A DNA stretch of 64,000 bases from a virus (taxonomy: Duplodnaviria > Caudoviricetes). Made by a program: the position numbers and the translations under genes. This document shows positions 27,301 to 36,878 of this stretch, piece by piece. The first letter of the stretch is position 1. Each line of letters opens with the position of its first letter. The notes under the pieces are model-generated. The model made no database searches and was not told where the DNA came from. It was given only the letters and a program-made list of their open reading frames with translations. The stretch is taken from the IMG/VR virus record IMGVR_UViG_3300011717_000032, positions 1 through 64,000 of that record; one strand, 5' to 3'.

Positions 27301-27764
27301 TGATCAACACCGAACTGGCAGCGACCAAGGCTATGGCGGAAGGCGGCCTGATTATGGGGATCCCGGCGGCCACAGCAATCCGCGCCGTTGGTTACGCGTC
27401 AGTGGCTTTGATAGCCGGACAGTCGCTTGCCGGTATGGCTCATGATGGCATTGACCGGGTACCGGAAACAGGGACCTGGTTGTTGCAGAAAGGAGAGCGT
27501 GTGGTAACAGCCAGCACCTCTGCCAAGCTCGATGCGACCCTGGAGAGGGTGCAGCAGGCCAGGCAGGCCTCGGCTGGTGGAACCGTTCATATCCAAAATT
27601 CATTCACCGGAAAACCCGATGACGCAACGCTGATGGCTATCGACCAGCGAAACCGCCAACTGGTGATATCGATCCGTAAGGAAATGGCGGCTCAGGTGGT
27701 AAAGCCAACTAATGAGTTTGGCAGGGCCTTAAATGGATTCTATGGCCGGACCAGGAAGGAGTGA
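24309..27764 (+). CDS. Tail tape measure protein
   Basis: 1151 aa, Ala-rich; tape-measure motif QFSQALAQGVLRGEEFNAV. Confidence 0.95.
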   Translation: MATLRELIIKISANSQSFQTEISRASRMGQDYYRTMQNGGRQAAAASRESERALSDLTDGFASAGRAAAAATAAFATGKLVQIADEWNSVNSRLKQASSSADDFAVSQRQLMEISQRTGTAFSDNANLFSRAAASMREYGYSSDEVLKITEAVSTGLKLSGANTQEASSVITQFSQALAQGVLRGEEFNAVNEAGDRVIRALAAGMGVARKDLKSMADQGQLTIDKVVPALMSQLGSLQGEFASMPQTVSGSLQKVTNSFMAWVGGVNQATGATDALSGGLDGVARTLDSFTSSAVSGALSDVADNMSTITTVAGALVGVGLARYLSGVATSATSATGALISAAKSEVALAVAQDKAAQSAVAASRAEVYRAQQAVQRSRGADVQAAQQEKIAAAEAKVTAAQARLTTALTSGSATEKVRARTALERAQAGLVAAKNADAQAIAEMRLAAAEAARDRNLANRVSTQSNLNSVTSVGTRLMSGALGIIGGVPGLVMLGAGAWYAMYQNQEQARRSAQEYASQIDEIREKTSRMSLSETDDNRGRTVSALVEQNRLVDEQAKKVGELKYQIDDLNASRGKPGITSENDANILRAIAIVTDQLAVEEGKLNDMREKSRNIQQTLEGIERQRNDLIKEHAWRQNALYQSQLMMNGQHEKFNNLLGLGNKLLMARQGLANVPLRLPQADLDKKQTDALEKSRRDLELSRLKGEAKERLRLSYAADDLGLTSDPQFQTGRQELINNGLAEWRNNEANKPKAKGGKTEGEKTEDVYKRLITQQQEQIALSGQNTELAKTKYQVTQGELGILSEAQKTELLRNSAALDHLNAVERLKSLNKELLEPEEALLNTTRERIKLLREAAPATEEYRKTMERISKASVQEAPKFGGIDSSVGGASGELIRVADAQKELEKWHETQLEMQKELLDQKEINEQTYADRVAEINKTNASQLQDIQAGYTSASLSMFSDLAGQSAQLLQGIGQEGSLAYKTLFIASKAAAMAQAVINTELAATKAMAEGGLIMGIPAATAIRAVGYASVALIAGQSLAGMAHDGIDRVPETGTWLLQKGERVVTASTSAKLDATLERVQQARQASAGGTVHIQNSFTGKPDDATLMAIDQRNRQLVISIRKEMAAQVVKPTNEFGRALNGFYGRTRKE

Positions 27765-27768
27765 TCAC

Positions 27769-28236
27769 GTGCCCGACATTTTTTATCCACACGATTACCT
27801 GCCGATGCCATTGCAGGATGGTTATGGTTTCAAGCCTGTAAGCCCGCGGCAGCGCACCGAAACGACATCCGGCCGGGCCCGACAGCGCCGAAAGTATACA
27901 TCAACACCAACTATCGCCACCGTTAACTGGATTTTTACAAAGCATAATCAGGCCCAGCTTTTTGAGGCATGGTTCCGCGATGCACTTACGGATGGTGCCG
28001 CATGGTTTTTGATGAAGCTGCAAACACCGCTGGGCTGCCAGCAAGCCTATAAATGCCGGTTCACCGACATTTATGAGGGACCGACGCTGGTTTCACCAAA
28101 ATACTGGCGTTACAGCGCGCAACTGGAGTTATGGGAGCGTCCGTTGCTACCACCGGGGTGGGGCAATTTCCCGGAACTGGTGGCCGGCAGCGATATTATC
28201 GATCTGGCACTGAACAGGGAGTGGCCTGAAGCATGA
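27769..28236 (+). CDS. Minor tail protein (distal tail-like)
   Basis: Follows TMP; GTG start at 27769. Confidence 0.8.
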   Translation: MPDIFYPHDYLPMPLQDGYGFKPVSPRQRTETTSGRARQRRKYTSTPTIATVNWIFTKHNQAQLFEAWFRDALTDGAAWFLMKLQTPLGCQQAYKCRFTDIYEGPTLVSPKYWRYSAQLELWERPLLPPGWGNFPELVAGSDIIDLALNREWPEA

Positions 28237-28721
28237 CCAGTCCAGTTCTGAACAGGCTTTATGCCAGCGGCGGTGATGAAGTTATTATCGACACGCTGCA
28301 GATCACCGTTGGCGGCCAGAACTACTGGCTTACCCGCGGCTGGGATGACATTACCGTCACGCTGGAGAATGGCGCTCAGGCAACATTCATTGGCTCCGCC
28401 GTTGATGTGGCGTTGCCGGCGCGAAATTCTGACGGCACCCAGGATCTGAAATTCGCCATCAGCAATATCGACGGCGTGGTTTCAACAGCGATCCGCAACG
28501 CGCTGGATAACCTCAGCGATGCTACCATGACTTTCCGCCGGTATGTCTCGACCGACCTTTCCGCACCCGCAACGCCGCCATTTACACTGGCAATTAAAGA
28601 GGGGTACTGGACGGCGACGGAGGTGCAGATCACCGCTGGCTACATGAATATTCTCGATACCGCATGGCCGCGCTACCGTTACACGCTGCCTGACTTCCCG
28701 GGCCTTCGTTATCTCCAGTAG
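28233..28721 (+). CDS. Minor tail protein (DUF1833-like)
   Basis: LYAS...LQI, QDLKFAISNIDG, FPGL end. Confidence 0.8.
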   Translation: MTSPVLNRLYASGGDEVIIDTLQITVGGQNYWLTRGWDDITVTLENGAQATFIGSAVDVALPARNSDGTQDLKFAISNIDGVVSTAIRNALDNLSDATMTFRRYVSTDLSAPATPPFTLAIKEGYWTATEVQITAGYMNILDTAWPRYRYTLPDFPGLRYLQ

Positions 28722-28730
28722 GAAATTACC

Positions 28731-29111
28731 ATGTTCAATCCTGATAAATACCGTTCAGTTAACTGGCTGAAGGGCGGTCGCACTTACCCTGATCTTGACT
28801 GTTTTGGCATCGTAAATGAAATCAGGCGCGATCTTGGCCTGACACCGTGGCCTGACTTTGCGGGGGTCACGAAGGATGATAACGGCCTCGATCGGGAGGC
28901 GCGCGGGCTGATGGCTGACCTGCAGCGTTGCGACCCCGCACCGGGCGCGGGCATTGCCTGTTATTCGGGATCTGTAGTGACGCACGTTGCCATCGTCGTG
29001 GAGATTGACGGCGTGCTGCATGCCGCCGAGTGTAATCCCCGCACTAACGTAACCTTTCTGCCGCTGGCGCGTTTTGCGCGCCGCTTTGTTCGCGTGGAGT
29101 ATTACCAGTGA
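28731..29111 (+). CDS. NlpC/P60-like tail assembly protein
   Basis: DLDCFGIV Cys motif and HVAIVV His motif. Confidence 0.8.
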   Translation: MFNPDKYRSVNWLKGGRTYPDLDCFGIVNEIRRDLGLTPWPDFAGVTKDDNGLDREARGLMADLQRCDPAPGAGIACYSGSVVTHVAIVVEIDGVLHAAECNPRTNVTFLPLARFARRFVRVEYYQ

Positions 29112-32100
29112 CGATTCGCATCTACCCCTCCCGGTTGCCCGGCGAGCCGCTGGAAACGCACCATCATGAAACGATGACCCTCAACGCCTGGTTCACCCAA
29201 AACGTGCAGGGCTGGACGCCGGAACAACGGCACCCGGTCGCGGTTGAAATCGCCGGCGTTCCGGTGCCCCCGTCAGAATGGGCGCTGTGCGTCATTCACC
29301 CTAACAGCGACGTCAGGCTGTATCCGGTGCCCTACGGTACCGGCGCGGAGATCGCTCTGTGGGTGGCTGTCAGCGTGGCCGTCGCCTCGGCGGCGTACTC
29401 AATCTACATGATGAGTACCATGCAGACCGGCGGCAGCGGTGCCCAGGCTGCGAGCGGTGATCAGATTGACCTCAACCCGGCCAAAGCGAACGCAGCGAAA
29501 CTGGGTGACCCCATCCGTGAAATCTTCGGGAAATACCGGGTGTGGCCTGATTACGTGATGCAGCCGGTGAGCCGTTTCATCAACGAGACCAGCATGGAAA
29601 CCAGCATGTTCCTGTGCGTGGGCGTCGGCGACATGGTGATTAATCAGTCTGACATCAAGATAGGCAATACGCCGATTTCGGCGTTCGGTACCGACGTGCG
29701 TTACACCCTCTATCCGCCTGGCGCCACGGTATCCGGCGACGCGCGCACCGAAAACTGGTTCAACTCACCAGAAGTGGGGAATACGGGGTCCGGTACCGCT
29801 GGTCTGGATCTGGGTTCAAGTGGCCCGGAAACAGTGAGTATCATCGCGGATGCGCTGGTCGTTTCCGGCAACACCATCACCCTGGTTGACGTATCGGCAT
29901 CCGGCGGGGATGAGGAAATCCCACCGTCGTGGATGGTCGGAACGGTGATCACCGTGCTGGCTCCCAACTCTTATACGGTCGTGTCGTCCGGCGGTTACAG
30001 CGTGATTTATGGCGGGATAGAGGAGCTGGCCCCGGCTGTCGACCTGCCGGTGACGCTGAACTATAACGGCAACGACTATGACCTGGTGATCGCCAGCTAT
30101 GCCCCCGGCGTTCCGGCGGTACCGGGAGTAGGGGGCAGTGCCGCGACCTTAACCGCCAGCGCAGCGCCGACTACTTACGATTTCAGCACCGCGCCGGTGA
30201 CGTTCAGCATTAGCTGGCAGGGCACGACATATCCTGTTTCGCTGGTTACCAACTACGTCACCATGTCTGGTCTGGTTTCGTCGATCACCTCGCAGCTCTC
30301 AGGCTCCGGCCTGGTCGCGCGCGATAACAGTGGGCGTCTCGAAATCGGTGAAGCCAGCAGCCCGTTCGCAGGCGGATCCATCACGAACAGCCCGTTACCC
30401 GCGTCTGCGTTTGGGGATGCCCCGGTTAATACGACAGGCGTGAAGTCAGCTGGCGGCACGGCGGAAGTCAGGGCGCACATCACTCTGGCCTACAACAGCG
30501 CCGCTGGCACGCCGTTCACCGGACTGCCGGAGGGCATTCAGCGTTTCTCTCTGGGCCTGGCCGGAAATCAGTTCCGCATAACGGCTATCGACAGCCAGAC
30601 GGTCACGATTGAGCGTATAACGGTCACCACAGGCCCGGCAGGTGAGACGATCACTACGCCTGACCCATCCTGGCCTGGATTCACCGAGCGCACTCTTCTT
30701 GATGCCACCGTGACGGGTGTCAGTGACGACTATGAGTGGGTAGGACCTTTCCTGGCCTGCCCGGATGGCGAAACGCTGGACGCATTCGAGGTGAATATCA
30801 ACTTCCAGAGCGGTTTGGTTCGTTACACCGACCAGGGAAACAAACGCTCAATGCCGGTACGCCTAGTTATCCAGTATCGCAAGGTTGGCACCACCACCTG
30901 GTCGCAGCAGTCCCCGTTCTATTCGCGCAGCACCGAAAACCAGATCGGGTTTACGCACCGCTACAACGTGTCGCCGGGGCAGTATGAGATCCGCATGCGC
31001 CGCACCGAACCGGTTAAGGGTGGCAGCACGCGTGATCAGGTGTTCTGGCAGGCGCTGCGCTCACGGCTGAGTAAGCGCCCCACGAAGTACGACGGCGTCA
31101 CCACCATGGCGCTGACTGTGCGCACAGGTAACCGCCTGGCGGCCATGTCCGATCGCCGGATAAGCGTCACGCCAACACGGATTTACAGCGGCGGCAGAGC
31201 GGCACGGAGCATCAGCGGCGCGCTGTACCACGTCCTGGAGTCGCTGGGGTTCACGGCCAGCCAGATTGACACGGCGGCGATTAACGCGCTGGAGCAAACT
31301 TACTGGACCCCCCGCGGCGAAAAGTTCGACTGGGCCAGCGGTGAGAGTAAGTCAGCGCTCGAGGTGCTGCAGAAAATCACCAACGCCGGGATGGGATACT
31401 TCCTGTTGTCTGACGGCCTGGCCTCTGCCGGCAGGGAAGGGATTAAATCCTGGGTAGGCATGATCACCCCGCAGGAAACCACCGAGGAACTGCAGACAGC
31501 GTTTAAAGCCCCGTCGCAGGACGATTACGACGGCGTGGACGTGACCTACATCAATGGCACCACCTGGGCAGAGGAAACCGTGCAGTGCCGCCAGCCTGGC
31601 AACCCTACGCCGGTGAAAATCGAGAGCTACACGCTGGACGGCGTTCTGGATGAGGACCGTGCTTATCGCATCGGCATGCGCCGGTTGCTGGGCTACCAGC
31701 TTCAGCGCCTGCAGCACACCACCTCAACCGAGATGGATGCGCTCTGCTACGAGTTCATGGATCGTATTGTTATGGCAGACGATATCCCAGGCGGTCAGCA
31801 GCTGAGCTGCCTGATTACGGATATGACGTATGACAGCAGCAAAATTACCCTGACGCTCAGCGAGCCGCCGGACTGGTCGTTTGAAAACCCGCGCGTGATT
31901 ATCCGCCATCAGGACGGACGGGCATCGGCAATGGTGGTGCCGACACGTATTGACGATTACACGCTCTCGGTGCCGTACAGCGCAGCGCTGGAGCCGGAAC
32001 TGTGGGCGATGAACGACGCGTACATCGAGCCGCCGCGGCTGCTGTTCTGTTCGTCTGTCCGTGTCCCGTATGACGCACTGGTTGGGGAAATTACGCCGGG

Positions 32101-32191
32101 TAACGACGGGATCAGCCAGGTCACCGCCATTCAGTACCACCCGGGCAAGTATGCCTATGACGACGCCACTTACCCCGGCGATGTCGCTTAA
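29108..32191 (+). CDS. Central tail tip / host-specificity protein (J-like)
   Basis: 1027 aa; GDPIREIFGKYRVWPD motif, synteny. Confidence 0.88.
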   Translation: MTIRIYPSRLPGEPLETHHHETMTLNAWFTQNVQGWTPEQRHPVAVEIAGVPVPPSEWALCVIHPNSDVRLYPVPYGTGAEIALWVAVSVAVASAAYSIYMMSTMQTGGSGAQAASGDQIDLNPAKANAAKLGDPIREIFGKYRVWPDYVMQPVSRFINETSMETSMFLCVGVGDMVINQSDIKIGNTPISAFGTDVRYTLYPPGATVSGDARTENWFNSPEVGNTGSGTAGLDLGSSGPETVSIIADALVVSGNTITLVDVSASGGDEEIPPSWMVGTVITVLAPNSYTVVSSGGYSVIYGGIEELAPAVDLPVTLNYNGNDYDLVIASYAPGVPAVPGVGGSAATLTASAAPTTYDFSTAPVTFSISWQGTTYPVSLVTNYVTMSGLVSSITSQLSGSGLVARDNSGRLEIGEASSPFAGGSITNSPLPASAFGDAPVNTTGVKSAGGTAEVRAHITLAYNSAAGTPFTGLPEGIQRFSLGLAGNQFRITAIDSQTVTIERITVTTGPAGETITTPDPSWPGFTERTLLDATVTGVSDDYEWVGPFLACPDGETLDAFEVNINFQSGLVRYTDQGNKRSMPVRLVIQYRKVGTTTWSQQSPFYSRSTENQIGFTHRYNVSPGQYEIRMRRTEPVKGGSTRDQVFWQALRSRLSKRPTKYDGVTTMALTVRTGNRLAAMSDRRISVTPTRIYSGGRAARSISGALYHVLESLGFTASQIDTAAINALEQTYWTPRGEKFDWASGESKSALEVLQKITNAGMGYFLLSDGLASAGREGIKSWVGMITPQETTEELQTAFKAPSQDDYDGVDVTYINGTTWAEETVQCRQPGNPTPVKIESYTLDGVLDEDRAYRIGMRRLLGYQLQRLQHTTSTEMDALCYEFMDRIVMADDIPGGQQLSCLITDMTYDSSKITLTLSEPPDWSFENPRVIIRHQDGRASAMVVPTRIDDYTLSVPYSAALEPELWAMNDAYIEPPRLLFCSSVRVPYDALVGEITPGNDGISQVTAIQYHPGKYAYDDATYPGDVA

Positions 32192-32248
32192 CAGCACTTC
32201 AATATTTTCTGACCCGCTACGGCGGGTTTTTTTATGCCTGGAGCGAGC

Positions 32249-34732
32249 ATGACTACCTATTTCACGAAAGAACCGCTGGGATCGACGAGTCCATATGTTT
32301 TATACGATAACTCACAGAACTTTGACTACGCGCTGAATGATATTACCCAGGCCATCTGGAAAGACCGCTTTGGCAGAGATCGTCGCAGCTGGTATGGCAT
32401 CGAGAAGCTGGCAGAAAACGCGATAACCTCATTAGGTTATATCACGCTTGATTCTTTCCAGGCAGGAGCCACGTTAACGCGTCCGAATCAGGTGCTGCGA
32501 AATCTGCCAACCATGGAGTACTTCCGCTGGGATGGTGCATTTCCTGTTGGAGGCAAAGTTGTGCCTCCGGGATCCACGCCGACACCTCAGGGGCCAGGGG
32601 GATGGGTCAGCGTTGGTGATGGTGCGCTGCGGAATAACTTAGCAAGTCCAGGCGGGGCTGCTCTGGTGGGTGTGGGGCCTGGCAAAACACAGGCTCAACT
32701 CAACGCAGAGTTGTCCAGCCAGATTGCACAGGCTTCCGGCAATGGTGTGGTAACTGATTTCGGTTACTGGGGATTATCCGCTAACAATACTACGCCCGCG
32801 GCGGGAGAGTTCTCGTGCCCTACAGGATACCTGGCAACATCGACTTCCATAACTTTCCATCAGACGGATAAAAATGGCCGCGATCTGGATGGCATCATTG
32901 CGCTGCTGCAGCCCGGAAGTGTTCTTCTGGCCTATGGGAAAATAAACAGCGCAAAGCGCACTGTAATGAAGGTGGTATCGGTCACCACAACATCGACCAG
33001 CGTGACAGTAACTTACTCCATTAATTCTCACGCAGGCGCCAACGTATCTGTTGGAGAGGAATACAAATTCATCTTTGCGATCCCTTCCTCGGCGGTTGGC
33101 TATGTCCCGCAGGCGCCAGCCACCGGTGGTCCCTATGCGCAGAACGGTGGGTTGTGGGAGAAAATTAAGAGCTATGAACTCGGCCGCGCGATGTTCACCG
33201 TAACCGGGTCATCATTCTCCTATAAAAAGAACCCGGATAACTCACTGCTCGTGTCCTGGTCACAATTGCGGCTTTATAGCGGACTTCCCGGGGTAACGGG
33301 CGTCCAGGATGCGACGAACTTATCTGTTCCTGTGGGGCAGGCTCTGTATATCGACCTGGACAGCGCCCTTCCTTACGCCGTTCAGTCAGCGGCGATTGAT
33401 TCTGTCGTGGTCAATGCGGTGTATGGCCGTATTATTATTCTCGTGGGTAATTACCAGGCTGGTTTCGCCTTTGGTGTGCTGGCTCAGCGGCTTCTCACGG
33501 CCAGCAATAATAAAAATACCCGGCGCATTGTGTCAGGGACTATCACCTCCTCTACATTGTCCGGCGCAAACTACACAATCACTACCGGTATTGGCCGTTC
33601 GTTTATAGAGCAAAACAACGGCTCTCATGAGTATGAGATTGCCCCCGTGACTGACGTGGAGGTTGCGCCAGGGCAGGGTCTTGTTGTTGACTTCACCAAT
33701 GGCAGCAAGAACAGCAGCAATCAGTACATCCCTGTGGTTGAGGCCATCGCATCCAACTCGACAGCGGGGTGGATGTCTGCGGATAAATACATCCTGTTTG
33801 GCACGACCGGAAAGAGTGGAGCCACCTTCGGTGCTTACCGGTTCGCATCCGCTGGCGGGGCGGTTGCAGATGATACCAAAATCGTCATTCAGCGTTCCTC
33901 GCCAACCTTCATGAACATCATCATGAAAACAACGCAGAACGGCTCAGATAAATACATCCGCTACCATATGGATCGCCGTGAAAATTCTGATACCCGCTCA
34001 GATGTCTGGCGTATCAATACGGTCCACGAAGTTATCAGGGTTTTTGGCGAGTTTGGTTTCGCAACCGGCACTGAAATCTGCTCTTCGGGTGAGTTTGAGT
34101 GCGCCATCATGGAGACAGGGAAAACCGACTACATGGGTGGCTGGCGGCATGGTGATGACCAGGCTGTACTCGTCACCATGTTTGCTGACGGCAAGGTTCT
34201 CGACCCCGCTTATGTTGGTAATTTTAAATGCAGCCGGTTTGAGGTTATTCAGAAGTCTGAACTGCTTGAAGTCGATAATCCGGTCAGAAATGTTCGCGCT
34301 ACGGCTTACCGGCGCTGGGTGTTTGAAGACGGCAAGATGGAACTGTTCAGCCATGTTGTTTTCGCTGCGGCGATCAACCTGAAGATCGCTTTCTTTAACA
34401 TGTTCCCGATTCACCGCCTTGCCCCGGACAATACCACGCTCGTGACGGGCACAGCATATCGTAGCCCGTTGTATGAACCTGAGGATGTAAGCACGGTTGG
34501 CTTCCCAATCACCTATACCAAATCCAACATCATTAAATACAGCGGACCGAACGGCTGGGGGGCTGAGGTTGAGGTGGTTGATGGATGGGATAAGCCAAAC
34601 AGGAATACATGGATCCAGAACGCCGAAGAATACAATAAGGGATACTTCGACTACACGGGTGACAATTACCCGGTTGTAGCAGGGGATACTTTGACTGGTC
34701 GGGCGGTGTACCGAATTTTCGACACCAATTAA
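32249..34732 (+). CDS. Tail fibre/spike receptor-binding protein
   Basis: Tailspike-type N-terminus (EYFRWDGAFP...WVSVGDGALR) followed by unrecognised domains. Confidence 0.85.
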   Translation: MTTYFTKEPLGSTSPYVLYDNSQNFDYALNDITQAIWKDRFGRDRRSWYGIEKLAENAITSLGYITLDSFQAGATLTRPNQVLRNLPTMEYFRWDGAFPVGGKVVPPGSTPTPQGPGGWVSVGDGALRNNLASPGGAALVGVGPGKTQAQLNAELSSQIAQASGNGVVTDFGYWGLSANNTTPAAGEFSCPTGYLATSTSITFHQTDKNGRDLDGIIALLQPGSVLLAYGKINSAKRTVMKVVSVTTTSTSVTVTYSINSHAGANVSVGEEYKFIFAIPSSAVGYVPQAPATGGPYAQNGGLWEKIKSYELGRAMFTVTGSSFSYKKNPDNSLLVSWSQLRLYSGLPGVTGVQDATNLSVPVGQALYIDLDSALPYAVQSAAIDSVVVNAVYGRIIILVGNYQAGFAFGVLAQRLLTASNNKNTRRIVSGTITSSTLSGANYTITTGIGRSFIEQNNGSHEYEIAPVTDVEVAPGQGLVVDFTNGSKNSSNQYIPVVEAIASNSTAGWMSADKYILFGTTGKSGATFGAYRFASAGGAVADDTKIVIQRSSPTFMNIIMKTTQNGSDKYIRYHMDRRENSDTRSDVWRINTVHEVIRVFGEFGFATGTEICSSGEFECAIMETGKTDYMGGWRHGDDQAVLVTMFADGKVLDPAYVGNFKCSRFEVIQKSELLEVDNPVRNVRATAYRRWVFEDGKMELFSHVVFAAAINLKIAFFNMFPIHRLAPDNTTLVTGTAYRSPLYEPEDVSTVGFPITYTKSNIIKYSGPNGWGAEVEVVDGWDKPNRNTWIQNAEEYNKGYFDYTGDNYPVVAGDTLTGRAVYRIFDTN

Positions 34733-34805
34733 AAAAACTAAGGATTAATAATTTTGCTGATGATATCTTAACAAAAAGTAAAGGCGGGATTCCCCGCCTT
34801 TCTTG

Positions 34806-35984
34806 CTAGAAGTAGGATTCAGTTTTCTTCCTATTGAGTTTTGACCCTGTTCCTTTATGCCCAGCCGTAACATGAAATTCCCATTCGTTACGCTGCAATG
34901 CACCAGTAGTTAAACCGTAAAATCGCACTGTAAATCCACACTCAAGATTGTAATCCGGGAATTTCGCTACAACATCTGAACGCTGAATCTTTCCCTCAAG
35001 AAAGCCAGGGAGGATTTCCTGGCCAATTCTAAGGTTAAAGAACTCCTGTCCCATGCTCTCACTTGGAACGCACCATCCTGTGAAAACACAAGATCCATCA
35101 TCTTCCCTTATCTTGTCGACATAGCCATGCCATGTTATTTTGCTTTCATCATGATCGACGGTTAAATCCTGTTCCAGATTCAGTCCCATTCCTTTCAGAT
35201 ATTCATAAACACCTTCCATGACAAAGAATTTGAACGGACTTGAAGCTTTCGACGCGGCGTGCATATCGTAATATTCAGTTTGAGTCATTAAAAGCTTTTT
35301 GACCAGGTGATGACCTGCGCCCTTGAATGCTTTCAATGCCTCAATATCATTAACGTCAACAAGGCCCTCTAACTTATTGCGTGCACTTGCGATATAGTCA
35401 TCATAGTTCTTATGATGGAAATGAAGATAAATAATATCTGTGTCAGTCTGCAATCCTGATTCCACCTCTCCACGATGGAACCCATTTCCCAGGGCAGTTA
35501 TTCTTGATTTAGGGAAAAAAACCTTTTCAGGTTTATGGCTCAATGCGAATTCTTTAGCATTGAGTGGATGGTTGCCATATGTATATTTGATTTTAAGAGT
35601 TGAGTCTATTTCTTTGTATTTTAATAACTCATTTTTTACATCATCACTTGATAGAGAAACCTTACCCTTTGAAAACTCAACCCCAACAAATTCATCACAA
35701 TCCAATGGCATCATGAAATCATAATCATGAGCACACTTTAATTCTTCGTATTTATCTACAAAATATATATGTCTGGTATTGAAATCCTCAAAGGTGTTCC
35801 TGTCATAAACTACATTCATCCCTTTTTGCGAATATTCCTTCAGGACGTCAAGGCATCGCTCATCGACTGACCCATTATCGTAGACGTATAAATTGCCCAG
35901 TCCAAAAAGCTCAGCATGATGCAGTATCCATGGTTCAAGAAGCCGGTACTCATCCTTCTGCATCATCAAAACAGCAACTTTCAT
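34806..35984 (-). CDS. GT2-like glycosyltransferase (antisense moron)
   Basis: WILHH...YVYDNGS, MPLDCDEF DxD motif; AT-rich; shared terminator at ~34781-34800. Confidence 0.85.
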   Translation of the reverse strand: MKVAVLMMQKDEYRLLEPWILHHAELFGLGNLYVYDNGSVDERCLDVLKEYSQKGMNVVYDRNTFEDFNTRHIYFVDKYEELKCAHDYDFMMPLDCDEFVGVEFSKGKVSLSSDDVKNELLKYKEIDSTLKIKYTYGNHPLNAKEFALSHKPEKVFFPKSRITALGNGFHRGEVESGLQTDTDIIYLHFHHKNYDDYIASARNKLEGLVDVNDIEALKAFKGAGHHLVKKLLMTQTEYYDMHAASKASSPFKFFVMEGVYEYLKGMGLNLEQDLTVDHDESKITWHGYVDKIREDDGSCVFTGWCVPSESMGQEFFNLRIGQEILPGFLEGKIQRSDVVAKFPDYNLECGFTVRFYGLTTGALQRNEWEFHVTAGHKGTGSKLNRKKTESYF

Positions 35985-36126
35985 TTCAAGATCCTTTTAG
36001 TGTATGTGGCATAAATATATCACGGCGCTTTCGCTTGAGGGAGGCGTGTCGGCCGCAAACCGCTAAATCTCATGGTTGCGTCATTGATAGGCCGCGCCAT
36101 CTTGATCTGCGCGCCCTTTAAAACTA

Positions 36127-36142
36127 CTGTATATAAAAACAG
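36127..36142. promoter_or_regulatory. LexA (SOS) box
   Basis: CTGTATATAAAAACAG matches CTGT-N8-ACAG. Confidence 0.92.
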
Positions 36143-36160
36143 TAAAAAGGAGTGCAGATC

Positions 36161-36400
36161 ATGCCCCGCAAATCAGACATTCACAGCGCATTTGTCGCTG
36201 CAGTACAGCAAAACCCCAAGGGCTATCAGTGGTTACGCACTGATGACTTCATCCGGGAGTTGCGCGCCAGGAACTGGCATTTCACGCCGGACGACGCCAA
36301 TGAATGGATAGAGCGTTATCAGGAGTTCTTCGTCGACAAGACGCCGGAAGACAGCCAGAACCGTCTCTGGATGATGAGAAACATGGGGAGGGTCCTGTAA
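36161..36400 (+). CDS. SOS-controlled small hypothetical protein
   Basis: 79 aa, directly after the LexA box and AGGAG. Confidence 0.8.
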   Translation: MPRKSDIHSAFVAAVQQNPKGYQWLRTDDFIRELRARNWHFTPDDANEWIERYQEFFVDKTPEDSQNRLWMMRNMGRVL

Positions 36401-36717
36401 TGGGATTTCCCTCTCCAGCGGCGGATTACGTAGCCCCTCGTTTATCACCGGAAATTATCTGTGGCATAGGTATGGACAGTCGCATCCTGGAAACGTCATC
36501 CGGGTTTGCGGTGATCGAGCCGGTCACCCGACTGGTGCAGGGTCAGGTTCTGCTGATCCTCAGTGGCGGGCAGACCCAATTTGCTCGGTTTCTGGGAAAA
36601 GCATTAATCACAGAGGACGGCGAGGCGATAGAAGGCGACGCAGCGGAAGAGGTCGAAATCCTGGGCAGGGTGACTTTCTTTATCAATAGCACAGGCGCGG
36701 ATGATAGGCCGGTGTAA
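36400..36717 (+). CDS. Degenerate UmuD'-like protein
   Basis: Starts MGFPSPAADY; lacks the GDSM Ser and catalytic Lys motifs. Confidence 0.75.
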   Translation: MGFPSPAADYVAPRLSPEIICGIGMDSRILETSSGFAVIEPVTRLVQGQVLLILSGGQTQFARFLGKALITEDGEAIEGDAAEEVEILGRVTFFINSTGADDRPV

Positions 36718-36726
36718 AAATCCCAT

Positions 36727-36750
36727 AAAAAAGCCCGCATCAGCGGGCTT
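36727..36750. terminator. Intrinsic terminator, strongest on the - strand
   Basis: AAAAAAGCCCGC-atca-GCGGGCTT. Confidence 0.82.
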
Positions 36751-36878
36751 CTTATCACTCGGGAGCCGCGGCTCCTTTGCGTATCCTTTTTTGTCCTCTC
36801 ACCGTCTGGTCGGTGTCCTGCTGAGACTGCTAACTTCCTGTTATTGCTGGTGATGTCCTATCACCGTCCAATCATGAT
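36727..36878 (-). ncRNA. Candidate GGA-rich small RNA (CsrB/RsmZ-like architecture)
   Basis: Seven GGA motifs in 97 nt, two in hairpin loops, ending in a terminator. Confidence 0.5.

Noticed and set aside
32249-36100. Tail-fibre switching system (invertase, DGR or retron)
   Set aside because: No recombinase, reverse transcriptase, template/variable repeat or inverted crossover sites seen
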